From the NCBI GenBank assembly GCA_002269645.1, contig NIVC01001178.1:186001-250000 (forward strand): a stretch of 64,000 bases of DNA. The letters are read 5' to 3'. Positions 1 through 31,035 of this stretch are shown in pieces; position 1 is the stretch's first letter; every line of letters begins with the position of its first letter. The notes beneath the pieces were generated by a model. That model saw only the letters and a program-made list of their open reading frames with translations, searched no databases and was not told the DNA's origin. A program made the position numbers and the translations under genes. This DNA comes from Macrostomum lignano. Taxonomy: Eukaryota.

Positions 1-612
1 CTCAGTTGCTGTGCCAGCCTCCCAGATCCTCAGTTGCTGGGCCAGCCTCCCAGGTCCTCAGTTGCTGTGGCACTAGTCTCCCAGATCCTCAGTTGCTGGG
101 CCAGCCTCCCAGATCCTCAGCTGCTGGGCCAGCCTCCCAGATCCTCAGTTGTTGGACCAGCCTCCCAGATCCTCAGTTGCTGGGTCAGCCTCCCAGGTCC
201 TCAGTTGCTGTGGCACTAGCCTCCCAGATCCTCAGTTGCTGGGCCAGCCTCCCAGATCCTCAGTTGCTGGGCCAGCCTCCCAGATCCTCAGCTACTGGGC
301 CAGCCTCCCAGGTCCTCAGTTGTTGGACCAGCCTCCCAGATCCTCAGTTGTTGGACCAGCCTCCCAGATCCTCAGTTGTTGGACCAGCCTCCCAGATCCT
401 CAGTTGCTGGGCCAGCCTTCAAGATCCTCAGTTGCTGGGCCAGCCTCCCAGATCCCCAGTTGCTGGGCCAGCCTCCTAGATCCTCAGTTGCTGTGCCAGC
501 CTCCCAGATCCTCAGTTGCTGGGCCAGCCTCCCAGATCCTCAGTTGCTGGGCCAGCCTCCCAGGTCCCAGTTGTTGGACCAGCCTCCCAGATCCTCAGTT
601 GCTGGGCCAGTC
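1..612. repeat. 28-bp minisatellite CCTCAGTTGCTGGGCCAGCCTCCCAGAT (receptor intron)
   Basis: Direct tandem copies; same family as 62010-63045. Confidence 0.95.
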
Positions 613-642
613 AGTTACTCTCCATCACACCCCACCCCGCAG

Positions 643-1108
643 CATCAACGGCATGATCGACCCTTCGCCGCCTCTGGTCCAAGGCACCAAGCGCTACTTC
701 GCTCCTGAGATCCTGGACTCGAGCCTGGACACCCGCTGCTTCGAGTCTCTGACCCAGGCTGACATGTACGCCTTTGCGCTGGTGGTGTGGGAGACTCTGC
801 TGCGCTGCCGTCTCCCAGACTCCGATCCCGTGCCCTATCGGCTGCCATTCAGTGAGCACGCTCCCAACGACCCGTCTGTCGAGCTGATGCAATCTCTAGT
901 CTGCGAACAGGCACTCAGGCCGACCGTATGCCAGCACTGGCTGACGAGTTCCTACTCATCAGCTGTTGTTGAAATGATGACCGAATGCTGGCAGCACAGG
1001 GCCAGCGCTCGGCTGACCTCCCTTCGGGTGAAGAAATGCCTTCGGGATTTGGACGAGTCGTTTCGTCGAAGTGATGTACAAGGAGCTGAGGCTGATTGCA
1101 ATTGTTAG
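643..1108 (+). CDS. Type I TGF-beta/activin/BMP receptor Ser/Thr kinase, last coding exon (upstream exons outside window)
   Basis: Acceptor ...ccaccccgcAG at 641-642. Motifs GTKRYFAPEIL, FESLTQADMYAFALVVWE, DPSVELMQSLVCEQALRP and ECWQHRASARLTSLRVKKCL match type I receptor kinase subdomains VIII-XI. TAG at 1106-1108. The ORF-track extension to 149 is intronic repeat. Confidence 0.9.
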
Positions 1109-1199
1109 GTTTTAATCAGCTTTAATAGTTATCATTCGACTGGGTGCTAGATGGATATAGATCATAATACACCGCTGTTTAGGTCATTGTATTCTTCAA

Positions 1200-1600
1200 T
1201 TCTAAAATCCCAACATCCCAAATCCCCATTTTTGAATCTCAAATCCCCATTCTCAAAATCCCAGATCCTCATTATCAATATCAAAGAACCCCATTATCGA
1301 AGTCCCAGATCCCATCCTTCGAATCCCAGATCCCCATTATCAATATCAAAGATCCCCATTATTAAAATCCCCAGATCTCAAAACTCCAGATCAACGTTAT
1401 CAAAATCCCAGATCCTCATTATCAAAATCCCAGATCCTCATTATCAAAATCCCAGATCTCCACTCTCAAAATCCCAGATCCTCATTATCAAAATCCCAGA
1501 TCCTCATTATCAAAATCCCAGATCTCCACTCTCAAAATCTCAGATCCACATCCTCAAAATCCCAGATCCCCATCCTCAAAGTCCCAGATCCCAATTCTAT
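1200..1600. repeat. Degenerate ~22-bp array CAAAATCCCAGATCCTCATTAT
   Basis: Tandem copies downstream of the receptor stop. Confidence 0.85.
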
Positions 1601-2319
1601 TCTAGTCTAATCCCCTAAACGATCTCAAGTCCTAAACACCATGGTTGCCTTTGTAGTAAAAGTGCATATTTTGTTATGTATTAATAATTGTTTTATTAAC
1701 TGTAGTAAGAATTGCACAGCGCACTTGCCTTGCTCCGATTACAAAGTTAATCTTAGTTTTCCAGCTGTGCCCTTTTTCAATTATTTATGTTTAATTTCTT
1801 CAAATATACATCTTTCAACTTCACAATGACTGTAGACTAAATTACGAAAAAATATATAATTCTTTTATTCTACTTCAAGTAGCTAAAATGTTTATTTTAT
1901 GCCAACTTGTTATTACTGCTTGATTTTTACTACTAATGTTCAGGTTCATTAGTAGAATAGCTGGGTTTTTTCTCTGTAAAGTATAGTAGTATCTGATTGT
2001 TAATCAGAACTTGTGCTGTTGCAATACTTATATTACACTTTCTCCTGCATATTGTGCATTAATGATAACTTGAGCAGGTTTTTAAATTAAATATTTAACT
2101 GCGGCCTTTCACTGATCATTAGGCAACTGTTTTGTACATAATTGTCTTCTTTTATTCAATGTTTTATTAAGTTCTGTTTTTATATCTAAACTGGTTATAA
2201 TGATGTATCTATATGCTTTTGTTTGTATCACCTGAAGATACCACCGCCTTAATAATATATGACATATATCCATATATACTCATTTTTATCGATTTTAAAA
2301 TAGACTTGGAATCTTTTTA

Positions 2320-3275
2320 TTGTGGTCAAAGTTGGGGTCATTTTAAGGTCAAGTAATCGAAGGCCAAATGTTAACTGAAGGTCAAAGAATCATGGCTTAA
2401 GGTCGCATAAAGTCAATTGGAGTTACAGTTTGAGGTCTTATGAAGGTCAGGGGGTTGTAGGGTTTGGAAGGAAGGGGTTGTAGCCTAGTGGTCAGAGCGT
2501 CGGACTCTCGACGCTCGGTTGTTGGTTGTCGGTTGTTGGTTCGATTCTTGACCCACTGGAACAATTTATGTTCTTAAGCAAGACACTTAACTCTGAATTG
2601 CTTCAGTTCAATCAATTATTATTATTATGAAGGTCAAGGAATCACAGCTTAGGGTCATGTGAAGGTCAAACAATTGCAGGTTAACGTTGTATGAAGGTCA
2701 AAGAATCACAGTTTAAGGTCATATAAAGGTCAAACAATCATAACTTAGGGTCTTATGAAGGTCAAGCAATCATAGCTTAGGGTCATGTGAAGGTCAAACA
2801 ATCATTGCTTAGGGTCTTATGAAGGTCAAGCAATCATAGCTTAGGGTCATGTAAAGGTCAAACAACCGCAGTTTAAGGTTGTATGAAGGTCAAAGAATCA
2901 CAGGTTAAGTTCATATGAAGGTCAAACAATCATAGCTTAGGGTCATATGAAGGTCAAGCAATTATAGCTTAGGGTCATGTGAAGGTCAAACAATCACAGC
3001 TCACAGGACTGAAGCAGCACATGACTGCTTGAGTCATGTGAAGGTCAAACAATCGCAGGTTAAGGTTGTATGAAGGTCTAAGAATCACAGGTTAAGGTCA
3101 TATAAGGGTCAAACAATCATAGCTTAGGGTCTTATGAAAGTCAAACAATCATAGCTTAGGGTCATGTGAAGGTCAGAGAATCACTGGTTAAGGTCATGTG
3201 AAGGTTAAAGAATCACTGGTTAAGGTCTTTATAAAAGTCAATGAGTCACAGCTCTGGGTCATATGAAGGTCAAAA
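2320..3275. repeat. 32-bp array GAAGGTCAAACAATCATAGCTTAGGGTCATAT
   Basis: About 28 degenerate units upstream of ATG5. Confidence 0.9.
2470..2610 (+). mobile_element. tRNA-derived SINE family A, 3'-truncated copy inside the AGGTCA array
   Basis: GGGGTTGTAGCCTAGTGG (A box), GGTTCGATTC (B box), then CTTAAGCAAGACACTTAACTCTGAA. Same head as the copies at 18.6 and 32.4 kb. Confidence 0.75.
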
Positions 3276-3309
3276 ATTACAATTTATTGTCGTATAAGGG
3301 TCACACGCC

Positions 3310-3337
3310 ATCCTGCACCCCCGCCAACGCCCCGCAG
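3310..3337 (+). promoter_or_regulatory. Candidate spliced-leader trans-splice acceptor of ATG5
   Basis: catcctgcacccccgccaacgccccgcAG resembles the window's other C-rich CGCAG acceptors. It is in phase 0 with ATG5, and no upstream donor or ATG-bearing exon was found. Confidence 0.6.
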
Positions 3338-4538
3338 ACGACCCCGGACTCTATTCAACGCCAGGTGTGGGACGGCAAGCTGCCTGTCTGTTTCGTTCTG
3401 CCCGAAGACCCAGACGTGCCGCCGCTCTACTCGCTGGTGCCTCGAGTCGGCTACTTCCCCGCTCTGCTGGACCGGCTCCGGGCGCACCTGTCGCGGCACG
3501 CCGGAATTGACGAGGACTCCCCAGGTGCTCAACAGCTTTGGCTTCGCAGCGCCGGTCGTCCACTTCGCTGGCACCTACCAGTCGGCCTCTTGTACGATTT
3601 GGAACGACCGAAACCTCCTCCGTTGCCATGGGAAGTGGAGATTCGAACTCGCGACTTTCCAACTGACGAACTAGTATCCTTCGGACCTAATAACAGTTTG
3701 GAATCGTATTTTCTGTATTGCCTCAAGGAGGCGGACGCTTTGAAGCACCGGGCTCGGGTGATTAACGAGATGGGCGAGCGGGAGCATCGCCAGCTTTGGC
3801 AGGGCCTGCTGAATGATCAGTTCGATCAGTTCTCAGTTGTCAACCGGAAATTGATGGAAGGCGAAGCCAAGTACTTGCCGTTTCGTATCTATCAGCAGGA
3901 AGCCGATGGTAAGCGTGGGGAGAAGTGTCCTAAATTAATCCTAAGTATCGCTTCTTAAATCTCCATGCTACTGAGAATTGCCTTTTAATCTCACCTGAGA
4001 AACGCCCCTGCCTAAAATCTTACCTGAGAATCGCTCTGCCTCAAATCTCACCCGAGAATCGCTCTGCCTCAAATCTTACCTGAGAATCGCTCTGCCTCAA
4101 ATCTTACCTGAGAATCGCTCTGCCACAAATCTCACCTTAGAATCGCTCTGCCTCAAATCTCACCTGAGAATCGCTCTGCCTCAAATCTCACCTGAGAATC
4201 GCCCTGCCTAAAATCTCACCTGAGAATCGTCTTTAACCCCCTGCCATCCCGCAGGCGGCCTGTCTGTCCTGCAGTGCCTGGCCAAGCCTCACCGTGAGGA
4301 CTCAACTCCGTTGACCTTATCGGACCTATTAAGAATTTGTATGCCAAATTTCGCCGATCCGGTCACCTTGGCAACGCACGGCGTCTCGTTGCCAATGGAG
4401 ACGCCGTTGGCTTGGGCCTACGATAAGCTGGCTTATCCCGATAATTTCTTACACCTGGTGCTGCAGCCCAGCAGGTGCAACAGCGCCGGCGATGGCGAGA
4501 GCTCCGCTATGCAGCTTGACAGCTCAAGCGAATTCTGA
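3338..4538 (+). CDS. ATG5: Autophagy protein 5; exons 3338-3908 and 4255-4538; no cognate ATG found
   Basis: RQVWDGKLPVCF, PRVGYFP, PLRWHLPVGLLYD, CLKEADALKH (conjugation Lys, human K130 equivalent), ETPLAWAYDKLAYPDNFLH. Intron GTAAG at 3909 to cccgcAG at 4254 keeps phase 1. Confidence 0.93.
3985..4230. repeat. 28-bp array AAATCTCACCTGAGAATCGCTCTGCCTC (ATG5 intron)
   Basis: About 8-9 units. Confidence 0.95.
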
Positions 4539-4579
4539 CTGTGATATGATATGATAGATAGTCGATTATTGGGGGTTTC

Positions 4580-5140
4580 CTGTGTACATTTGGGTGTGTT
4601 GCTATGCTATTGCTAGGTACATTTTATGTGTACATTTAGGCTTGTATGTACATTTGAGTGTACACTTAGGCTTGTATGTACATTTGGGTGTACACTGTGG
4701 CTTTTATGTACATTTGGGTGTACACTGAGGCTTGTATGTACATTTGGGTGTAACACTGAGGCTTGTATGTACATTTGGGTGTACACTGAGGCTTGTATGT
4801 ACATTTGGGTGTACACTGAGGCTTGTATGTACATTTGGGTGTACACTGAGGCTTGTGTGTACATTTAGGTGTACACTGAGGCTTGTGTGTACATTTGGGT
4901 GTACACTGAGGCTTGTATGTACATTTTGGTGTACACTGAGGCTTGTATGTACATTTGGGTGTACACTGAGGCTTTTATGTACATTTGGGTGTACACTGAG
5001 GCTTGTGTGTACATTGGGGTGTGCACTGTGGCTTGTATGTACATGTGGGTTACATTAAGGCCTGTATCTGTACGTTTGAGTGTACATAAAGGCTTGGTTG
5101 TACATTTCAGTGTATTTTAAAGCTGATGTGTACATTTGGT
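4580..5140. repeat. 30-bp array GTACATTTGGGTGTACACTGAGGCTTGTAT
   Basis: Tandem copies just after the ATG5 stop. Confidence 0.95.
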
Positions 5141-5724
5141 TGCAAATTAAAGTTTGTATGTACGATAAGGTATTGCAGCCTTTGCAGACTTATTAGCATT
5201 GAAATTTAACGTCATCCAGACAGGCACTTGAGTGTTCGTGTGTAAATACCTGTGTCTGTGTTTGTGTGTGTCGTTTTTGCTTACGTTTGTCTGATGATTA
5301 TTCTGTTCTCCTGTCGGTCTGTCCGCTATAAACGCCGCAAATATTAGATGTTGTTCAGTATATTTTGTCAATTGTCCACGATTGTTGAACTTCAATTTAT
5401 AAAATATTTTTTAGCATGCATAGCACTTAAATTGGTGTCTTTCCAATCAATTTTGTAATTATATATATATAATGTACAGTACTGAATAGTGTTGTGTACT
5501 GCTATGATTTTCCAGGAACCCCTGTCTATGTCAGCTACTCGCATGATATGATAAACAGTTTCATTGAAGTAAAAGATACAATCATTTTAATTATGAAGCG
5601 TTTAGTAGCCTAATAAACGATAATAAATTATTATCATTATAAATACTGTTTGTACACACAAGCTCTTCATAAAAATGTTTTTAATTAATTTATTTATTTA
5701 TCAATAATATGCTGACAGTCTACT

Positions 5725-5845
5725 AAAAACTTCAGGAGTTCTAGTCTTGCTCAAGGGCACAAATTGTTCCAGTGGGATCGGGATCGAACCCCCCCCACCT
5801 TCTATTCGTGAGTCTGGCGCTCTAACAGGCTGCAAACCCCTTAAG
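5725..5845 (-). mobile_element. SINE family A, partial degenerate copy
   Basis: gctcaagggcacaaattgttccagtgggatcgggatcgaaccccc...gtgagtctggcgctctaac matches the 18.8 kb copy. Confidence 0.7.
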
Positions 5846-6736
5846 ACATTACAATATTCGTCATAAAACAGTTAAAACACAAAATTCGTTGTTTAATTTC
5901 TGATCGTGAACGAACAGTTGTTATTACGACCCATAATTTATTTTTTTGTTACTATAGGAGTCAAATTTATTATACAGAATATCATATAGTGAAGTATCGT
6001 TTTACTTTTACTAATAAGGTACATATATGTATAAGTACGCTATGAATGAAGCCGCAAAACAAGACGAAAAAACGCTTTTTTTGTTATATTTATTTACCTG
6101 TATTGGCTTGAATTTGCAGTGGAACAACTGCCCCCCCCCCAGGTTGAGGTGTTCCATCGGTCCCAAGCACTCCTGTAACTTTAGAGACCCCCTACAACTT
6201 TGAAGACACCCCAACAACCCACCCGTTAAAACCAAGAAACTTACATTAGCATAGACACAACTTAAACCTCAGACTCCCCTAAGCCCCGCCCGGACAGCAT
6301 TAAACCATCTTGGTTTCTAAAAACCATCTAAAACCCTCTGGACACACCCCTAAAACACACCAGAACCCCTGAAGCCCCTTTTGGACATCCCTAAACCCCT
6401 CGGACATCCCTAAAATCCCCGGACACCCCTGAAACCCCTCGGACACCCTAAAAAACCTTTAGACACCCTTGAAAGCCCCTGGACACCCCAAAAGCTTATA
6501 ACCCTATAAAAATTAAATCCAACCTAAACTGCTTTACGATGGCCGAATTGAACCACTAACAGAGGTGAATAAAAGTACAAAACAAGGACAAAAACGCAGA
6601 GCTAATTTTGTTTTTTCTGACAATAGAGAGCTGACAGAACCTTATTTAATAAGATCATTTGATATTTTAGAAAAACACGTACTACATATAGTACTATTGA
6701 GATTCAGTAGTCTGGACGATTCTATTATCTTAATTT

Positions 6737-24692
<17,956 letters not shown>

Positions 24693-25214
24693 ATTGGGGG
24701 GAGGGAGGGGGCTGTTTGAAGATGCTGGATATTGATGAGGCGGAGATAGGAGAGATCTCGCTCGGGCTCCCAAACCTGTGCTTTTAGGCACCAAGGATGT
24801 AAAGGAAGGTATGAGCATGATTGGCTAGGAAGACAAGGCACCTGTTGCAGTGTCCCCAGGAGCGGTGGCGAAGGCGGGTGCATCCAATCTGCGGTCTCAC
24901 AACCGAAGCCAAAAACCCTGCCATGCGTGTGTATCTTGCCTGTTCAGAAAGCGATCAACTGACCTGGTCTCCTGCCCCGCCCAAAAATCTCTTAGATGTA
25001 TATTTATGGTCTTGTCCAATGGGGGCCCGGCATTACCTGGCCGTGTTCAAGATACTACCCGTTCGAAGATATGTTATAATTATTTCGTAGACAAAATCGT
25101 ACTATAATATGTTGAACACATAATTAAAGTCCCATATTTATATAGTTTTAAAAAAAAATTCAAACGTTTCAAAACTACTGCCACTTAGAGAAAAGCGATG
25201 ATGGCGCTAATTTC

Positions 25215-26420
25215 TAGGATAGCAATGGCACCCCTAGGATAGCAATAGCGCCCCTATGATCTTTATGGCGCCCCAATAAGAATGGCAATGGTGCCCCTAG
25301 GAACTCGATGGCGCCCTAGAATAGCAATGGCGCGCCTAGGATAGCAATGGCGCCCCTAGGATAGCAATGGCGCCCCTAGGATAGCAATGGCACCCCTAGG
25401 ATAGCATGCAATGGCACCCCTAGAATAGCAATGGCGCGCCCAGGATAGCAATGGCACCCCTAGGATAGCAATGGCGCCCCTAGGATCTCGATGGCGCCCT
25501 AGAATAGCAATGGCACCCCTAGGATCTCGATGGCGCCCTAGAATAGCAATGGCACCCCTAGGATAGCAATGGTACCCCTAGGATAGCAATGGCACCCCCT
25601 AGGATAGCAATGGCACCCCTAGGATAGCAATGGCACCCCCTAGGATAGCAATGGCGCCCCAAGGATAGCAATGGCGCCCCTAGGATAGCAATGGCGCCCC
25701 TTGGATAGCAATGGCACCCCCTAGGATAGCAATGGCGCCCCTTGGATAGCAATGGCACCCCTAGGATAGCAATGGCGCCCCAAGGATAGCAATGGCGCCC
25801 CTAGGATCTCGATGGTGCCCTAGAATAGCAATGGCACCCCTAGGATAGCAATGGCACCCCCTAGGATAGCAATGGCGCCCCTAGGATAGCAATGGCGCCC
25901 CTAGGATAGCAATGGCGCCCCAAGGATAGCAATGGCGCCCCTAGGATAGCAATGGCGCCCCTAGGATGGCAATGGCACCCCCTAGGATAGCAATGGCACC
26001 CCTAGGATAGCAATGGCACCCCTAGGATAGCAATGGCGCCCCCTAAGATCTCGATGGCGCCCCCTATGATCTCGATGGCGCCCCCTAGGATCTCGATGGC
26101 GCCCCTAAGAATCTCGATGGCGCCCCCTAGGATCTCGATGGCGCCCCCTAGGATCTCGATGGCGCCCCCTAGGATCTTGATGGCGCCCACTAGGATCTCG
26201 ATGGCGCCCCCTAGGATCTCGATGGCGCCCCCTAGGATCTCGATGGCGCCCCCTAGGATCTCGATGGCGCCCCTAAGGATCTCGATGGCGCCCCCTAGGA
26301 TCTCGATGGCGCCCCTAAGGATCTCGATGGCGCCCCCTAGGATCTCGATGGCGCCCCCTAGGATCTCGATGGCGCCCCTAAGGATCTCGATGGCGCCCCC
26401 TAGGATCTCGATGGCGCCCC
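25215..26420. repeat. 20/21-bp array ATGGCGCCCCTAGGATAGCA grading into ATGGCGCCCCCTAGGATCTCG
   Basis: Two sub-arrays upstream of the CtBP ATG. Confidence 0.95.
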
Positions 26421-26944
26421 TATATATTCTTTAACTATTCTTGTTTACTGACTGCCCACGTTCGCAGTTGCCATACCCCAATATTTTTTATTAGAAAACT
26501 CCAAGGCACTACTTAAAATCGAATTCTAACGCAATACTTGTTTTTGGCTAGAAACGATACACAGCATCTTAGCAGAACACACAGCAGTTCCCCTAATTTC
26601 CTATTTCATTATCCTCGAACGCAGATCCCAAACGTGACCTCCCAGGGGTTGATGCAGAATTTCATATTGAAAAAAGCACATACTCCAACAGCCAGTCGTG
26701 ATTTATAGTAGCATCGAGACTCGGGATAAATATGGAATATACAAACGAGATCGACTCCCAGAGGCGCCAGGTGCAGCATGGAAGATGTTTGCTAATTAAA
26801 GGATTAAAGATAAATACGTTATAGACGAGACAATAATTAGCATGCACTACAGATTGAGCGTAAATGGGTAATCCATCCATATAGTTTTGAGTTAATAATC
26901 AGTGCTAAGTTTATAATTAGTACGAAAGTTATAAAAAATTTAGG

Positions 26945-27125
26945 GTTTTGGCGCCTGAGAATCCGTGGTTTTGACGCATGAGAATCCGTGGTTTTGACGC
27001 ATGAGAATTTGTGGTTTTGGCGCCTGAGAATTTGTGGTTTTGGCGCCTGAGAATCTGTGGTTTTGGCGCCTGAGAATTTGTGGTTTTGGCGCCTGAGAAT
27101 CTGTGGTTTTGGCGCCTGAGAATTA
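26945..27125. repeat. 23-bp array GTGGTTTTGGCGCCTGAGAATTT
   Basis: About 8 units. Confidence 0.9.
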
Positions 27126-27389
27126 ATGGCTCCAAGGTTTCCAATGTTTTACTAAATCAAAAATGAATTATATACTTCAGAATAAGTCAACGAAAAATGA
27201 TCATGCAACCCCACAGAGTCTCATAAAAGTTCAGTATGAAAAATAATTTACAGAGTCACTACTGTCTATTTACACGAGCGAAATAGCAAGCTAATTTTGT
27301 GAGTTCAAGATTAGCTTCAGCTCTGGCATATTTTAGGCTCGTAAAAAGTAACGAATGGAAAAATTATTTTCATTCGAAGTAAACGATAT

Positions 27390-28265
27390 AATCCTGGGGG
27401 GAGATTTTCTAGGGTGGTTTATCGAGAGGCAGATAATCTAGGGATAATCTAGGAGAAGATTGTCTGGGCAGATTCTCAAGGGGAAGATTCGCAAGGGTGA
27501 TATTCTCAAGCTTGAGATTCTCAATGGGAAGTCTCAAGGGTGAGATCCTCAAGAGCGATATCCTCTAGGGGAAGAGTCCCATTGAGGTCCCATAGACATC
27601 TCGATTTTAAGGTTGTGATTCTCAATGGAAAGAGTCTTAAAGCTGAGATTCGCAAGGGTGAGATTCTCAATGGAAAGAGTCTTAAAGCTGAGATTCGCAA
27701 GGGTGAGATTCTCAATGGAAAGAGTCTTAAAGCTGAGATTCGCAAGGGTGAGATTCTCAATGGAAAGAGTCTTAAAGCTGAGATTCGCAAGGGTGAGATT
27801 CTCAATGGAAAGAGTCTTAAAGCTGAGATTCGCAAGGGTGAGATTCTCAATGGAAAGAGTCTTAAAGCTGAGATTCGCAAGGGTGAGATCCTCAATGGAA
27901 AGAGTCTTAAAGCTGAGATTCGCAAGGGTGAGATTCTCAGGGGTGAGATCCTCAAAGGCAAGAGTCTCCAGGTTGAGATTCTCAAAGGCAAGAGTGTCAA
28001 GGGTGAGATTCTCAAAGGCAAGAGTGTCAAGGGTGAGACTCTCAAAGGCAAGAGTGTCAAGGGTGAGATCCTCAAAGGCAAGAGTCTCCAGGTTGAGATT
28101 CTCAAAGGCAAGAGTGTCAAGGGTGAGATCCTCAAAGGCAAGAGTCTCCAGGTTGAGATTCTCAAAGGCAAGAGTGTCAAGGGTGAGATTTTCAAAGGCA
28201 AGAGTCTCCAAGTTGAGATTCTCAAAGGCAAGACTGTCAAGGGTGAGATTTTCAAGAGTGAGACC
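27390..28265. repeat. 15-bp array (GAGATTCTCAAGGGT-like) with 45-bp and 30-bp higher-order units
   Basis: Periodic; stop-free on both strands. Confidence 0.9.
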
Positions 28266-28689
28266 CCGAAAAAGTTGATTTGCGAAAATCTTGAAAAAAC
28301 AAAGAAGAAACACCTTTTTTTTGCTAAAAATTTTAAGCAAACGATGAACTCGCATCGCAGACAGCAGGCCACAGTAGTGAAACACACGGAGTGTTAAGTA
28401 GTAAATACTACAGTAGTTTATCAGCACATTTAGTTTTTTTATTTGCAAATACAATCACAAAAAGTAACTCACTTAGTTAAGTGATAAGGCAGGTTAAAGC
28501 TGCATGACAATCGTGCAGATTCCGGAAAATATACGACAAGACAAAATCATTAACAAGTGCCGTGCATAACACAAAAGTTTTTATTTTAAGAACAAAATAC
28601 TCGGCAAAGACAAATATTAGCAGCTTAAAAATGATTAGCCTCAACTGAACCAGAACTAAAGCTACTGCCAAAACTTTGATGCAGTGTTT

Positions 28690-29780
28690 CTAAGAAATCA
28701 AAGAGTTTCTAAGAAAACAGATTTTTCCGTCTCAGTTTCTAAGAAAGTGGATTCTTCCATCTCAGTTTCTAAGAAAGTGGATTCTTCCATCTTACTTTCA
28801 AAGAAAGTGGATTCTTCCATCTCAGTTTCTAAGAAAGTGGATTCTTCAAATCCCAGTTTCTAAGAAAGTGGATTCTTCCATCTCAGTCTCTAAGAAAATG
28901 GATTCTTTTATCTCAGTTTCTAAGAAAGTGGATTCTTCACCTCAGTTTCTAAGAAAATGGATTATTTCATCTCAGTTTCTAAGAAAGTGGATTCTTTTAT
29001 CTCAGTTTCTAAGAAAATGGATTCTTTTATCTCAGTTTCTAAGAAAGTGGATTCTTTTATCTCAGTTTCTAAGAAAGTGGATTCTTCCATTTCAGTTTTT
29101 AAGAAAGTGGATTCTTCCATCTCAGTTTCTAAGAAAGTGGATTCTTCTATCTTAGTTTCTAAGAAAGTGGATTCTTCCATTTCAGTTTCTAAGAAAGTGG
29201 ATTCTTTTATCTCAGTTTCTAAGAAAGTGGATTCTTTTATCTCAGTTTCTAGGAAAGTGGATTCTTCCATCTCAGTTTCTAAGAAAGTGGATTCTTCTAT
29301 CTTAGTTTCTAAGAAAGTGGATTCTTCCATTTCAGTTTCTAAGAAAGTGGATTCTTCCATTTCAGTTTCTAAGAAAGTGGATTCTTTTATCTCAGTTTCT
29401 AAGAAAGTGGATTCTTTTATCTCAGTTTCTAGGAAAGTGGATTCTTCCATCTCAGTTTCTAAGAAAGTGGATTCTTCTATCTTAGTTTCTAAGAAAGTGG
29501 ATTCTTCCATTTCAGTTTCTAAGAAAGTGGATTCTTCTATCTCAGTTTCTAAGAAAGTGGATTCTTCCGTCTCAGTTTCTAAGAAAGTGGATTCTTCTAT
29601 CTCAGTTTCTAAGAAAGTGGATTCTTTTATCTCAGTTTCTAAGAAAGTGGATTCTTTTATCTCAGTTTCTAAGAAAGTGGATTCTTTTATCTCAGTTTCT
29701 AAGAAATTGGATTTTTCCGTCTCAGTTTCTAAGAAAGTGGATTCTTTCATCTCAGTTTCTAAGAAAGTGGATTCCTACAT
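28690..29780. repeat. 30-bp array TCAGTTTCTAAGAAAGTGGATTCTTCCATC
   Basis: About 36 units. Confidence 0.97.
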
Positions 29781-29930
29781 GCCAATATTTAGGAAAACTG
29801 ATTATCTTACCTCCATTTTTAATCAATTTCTTCGAAAGTCAAAGTAAGCAAGAAAAAAAATATAAAACTGAAACACTGAATAATCACACCGGATCATATA
29901 ATTCGAACAGTTCAATAGAGAAATTAAAAA

Positions 29931-30992
29931 TCAGTCAACCATGGAGTGAGAATTCTCCGATCGAGTCTGTTGCTGCTGCCGCCGCAGTTGCCTATCCTGA
30001 CTATAGGCCAGAGCCATCTGCCTTCGAGTGGCCTCAAATCGTTCAACATCGACCAGCCAGCCCTGATAGTCAGCTGGCAATCCGATGGAGTAGTGCTGAT
30101 GGCAGGGCAGTCCGAGCACCTCCGTCAGCATGTACGGCTTCAGCCAGCCAACCAGCGATGTGTGCCCGAATGTGTAAGCGCCGCGCTGATGATAGAACAG
30201 CACTCCATCTAGCTGGGTTGGCGAGAGATTCAGGTGATGCATCATATTGAAATTTGGGTGTGTTATCATAGAGACAGGAGCCATGTGAACTTCAAGCGAA
30301 ATTGTCACACAACCGGTCAGAGACATTGCTGCCCATTACGCCGACTCCCCTGAGCAGGCACACAAGCGCGCGGATACGTAGGCAGTCATATGCATAGGCA
30401 CACACTTACACAGGAGTGCACAGTGGCCCTAACTTTATTTATCGTTAGGCATGTACACTTTACTGCGCCTTAAGGGGGTTGGCCCTCAATACCGTTAATT
30501 GCACGAGCAGAGCCAAGCCGAGATTCCAATTTAGTCCAACATGAGTGTGACTGCACTTGGAATCGAGCCTGGACCGCTGGCGTATCACAGCGCCGCGCTA
30601 GGCCAGTATAATTATACCATCGTTGCGTTACAGTAGGAAAATAATAAAAATTTTAACAGTAAAAAGAAGAATTATAACAAACCCTATTTCTAAAAATCTT
30701 CCTAAGAAGGCTTTCACTCACCGGGAAGGGCGGCTGCAACGTCAGGAATTCCGCCAGACACTCTCGCTGGCAGGAGTGCGACTCAACAATGAGAAACGGA
30801 TGTCGATTTTTTGGTGTTCGTCGGCAAACGTTCGGCGCCGATTCGACAAAGTTGGTCTCCAGCCAGTGGAAGCGGAGGGACGTCTAAGGAAGAAACAAAT
30901 AATGACAGTGTTTTTTTAGTTTCAAATTGAAACCAATGAATAGTTTAGCAGTTCTAAGCCAGTACGATTGCCGATTTGGCTGACAGACAGAC

Positions 30993-31035
<43 letters not shown>

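Noticed and set aside
6-642. Long ORFs through the 28-bp array, one continuous with the kinase exon (149-1108)
   Set aside because: A stop-free repeat unit explains them, and a good acceptor at 642 marks the real exon start.
3263-3265. ATG as the ATG5 start
   Set aside because: It is part of the last minisatellite unit and would add 25 non-conserved residues. Disfavoured, not excluded.
27521-28454. Four overlapping 217-301-aa ORFs, one resembling pentapeptide repeats (ANLSF/ENLTL)
   Set aside because: The region is open on both strands and in several frames, with no splice or start context. A 15-bp minisatellite explains it.
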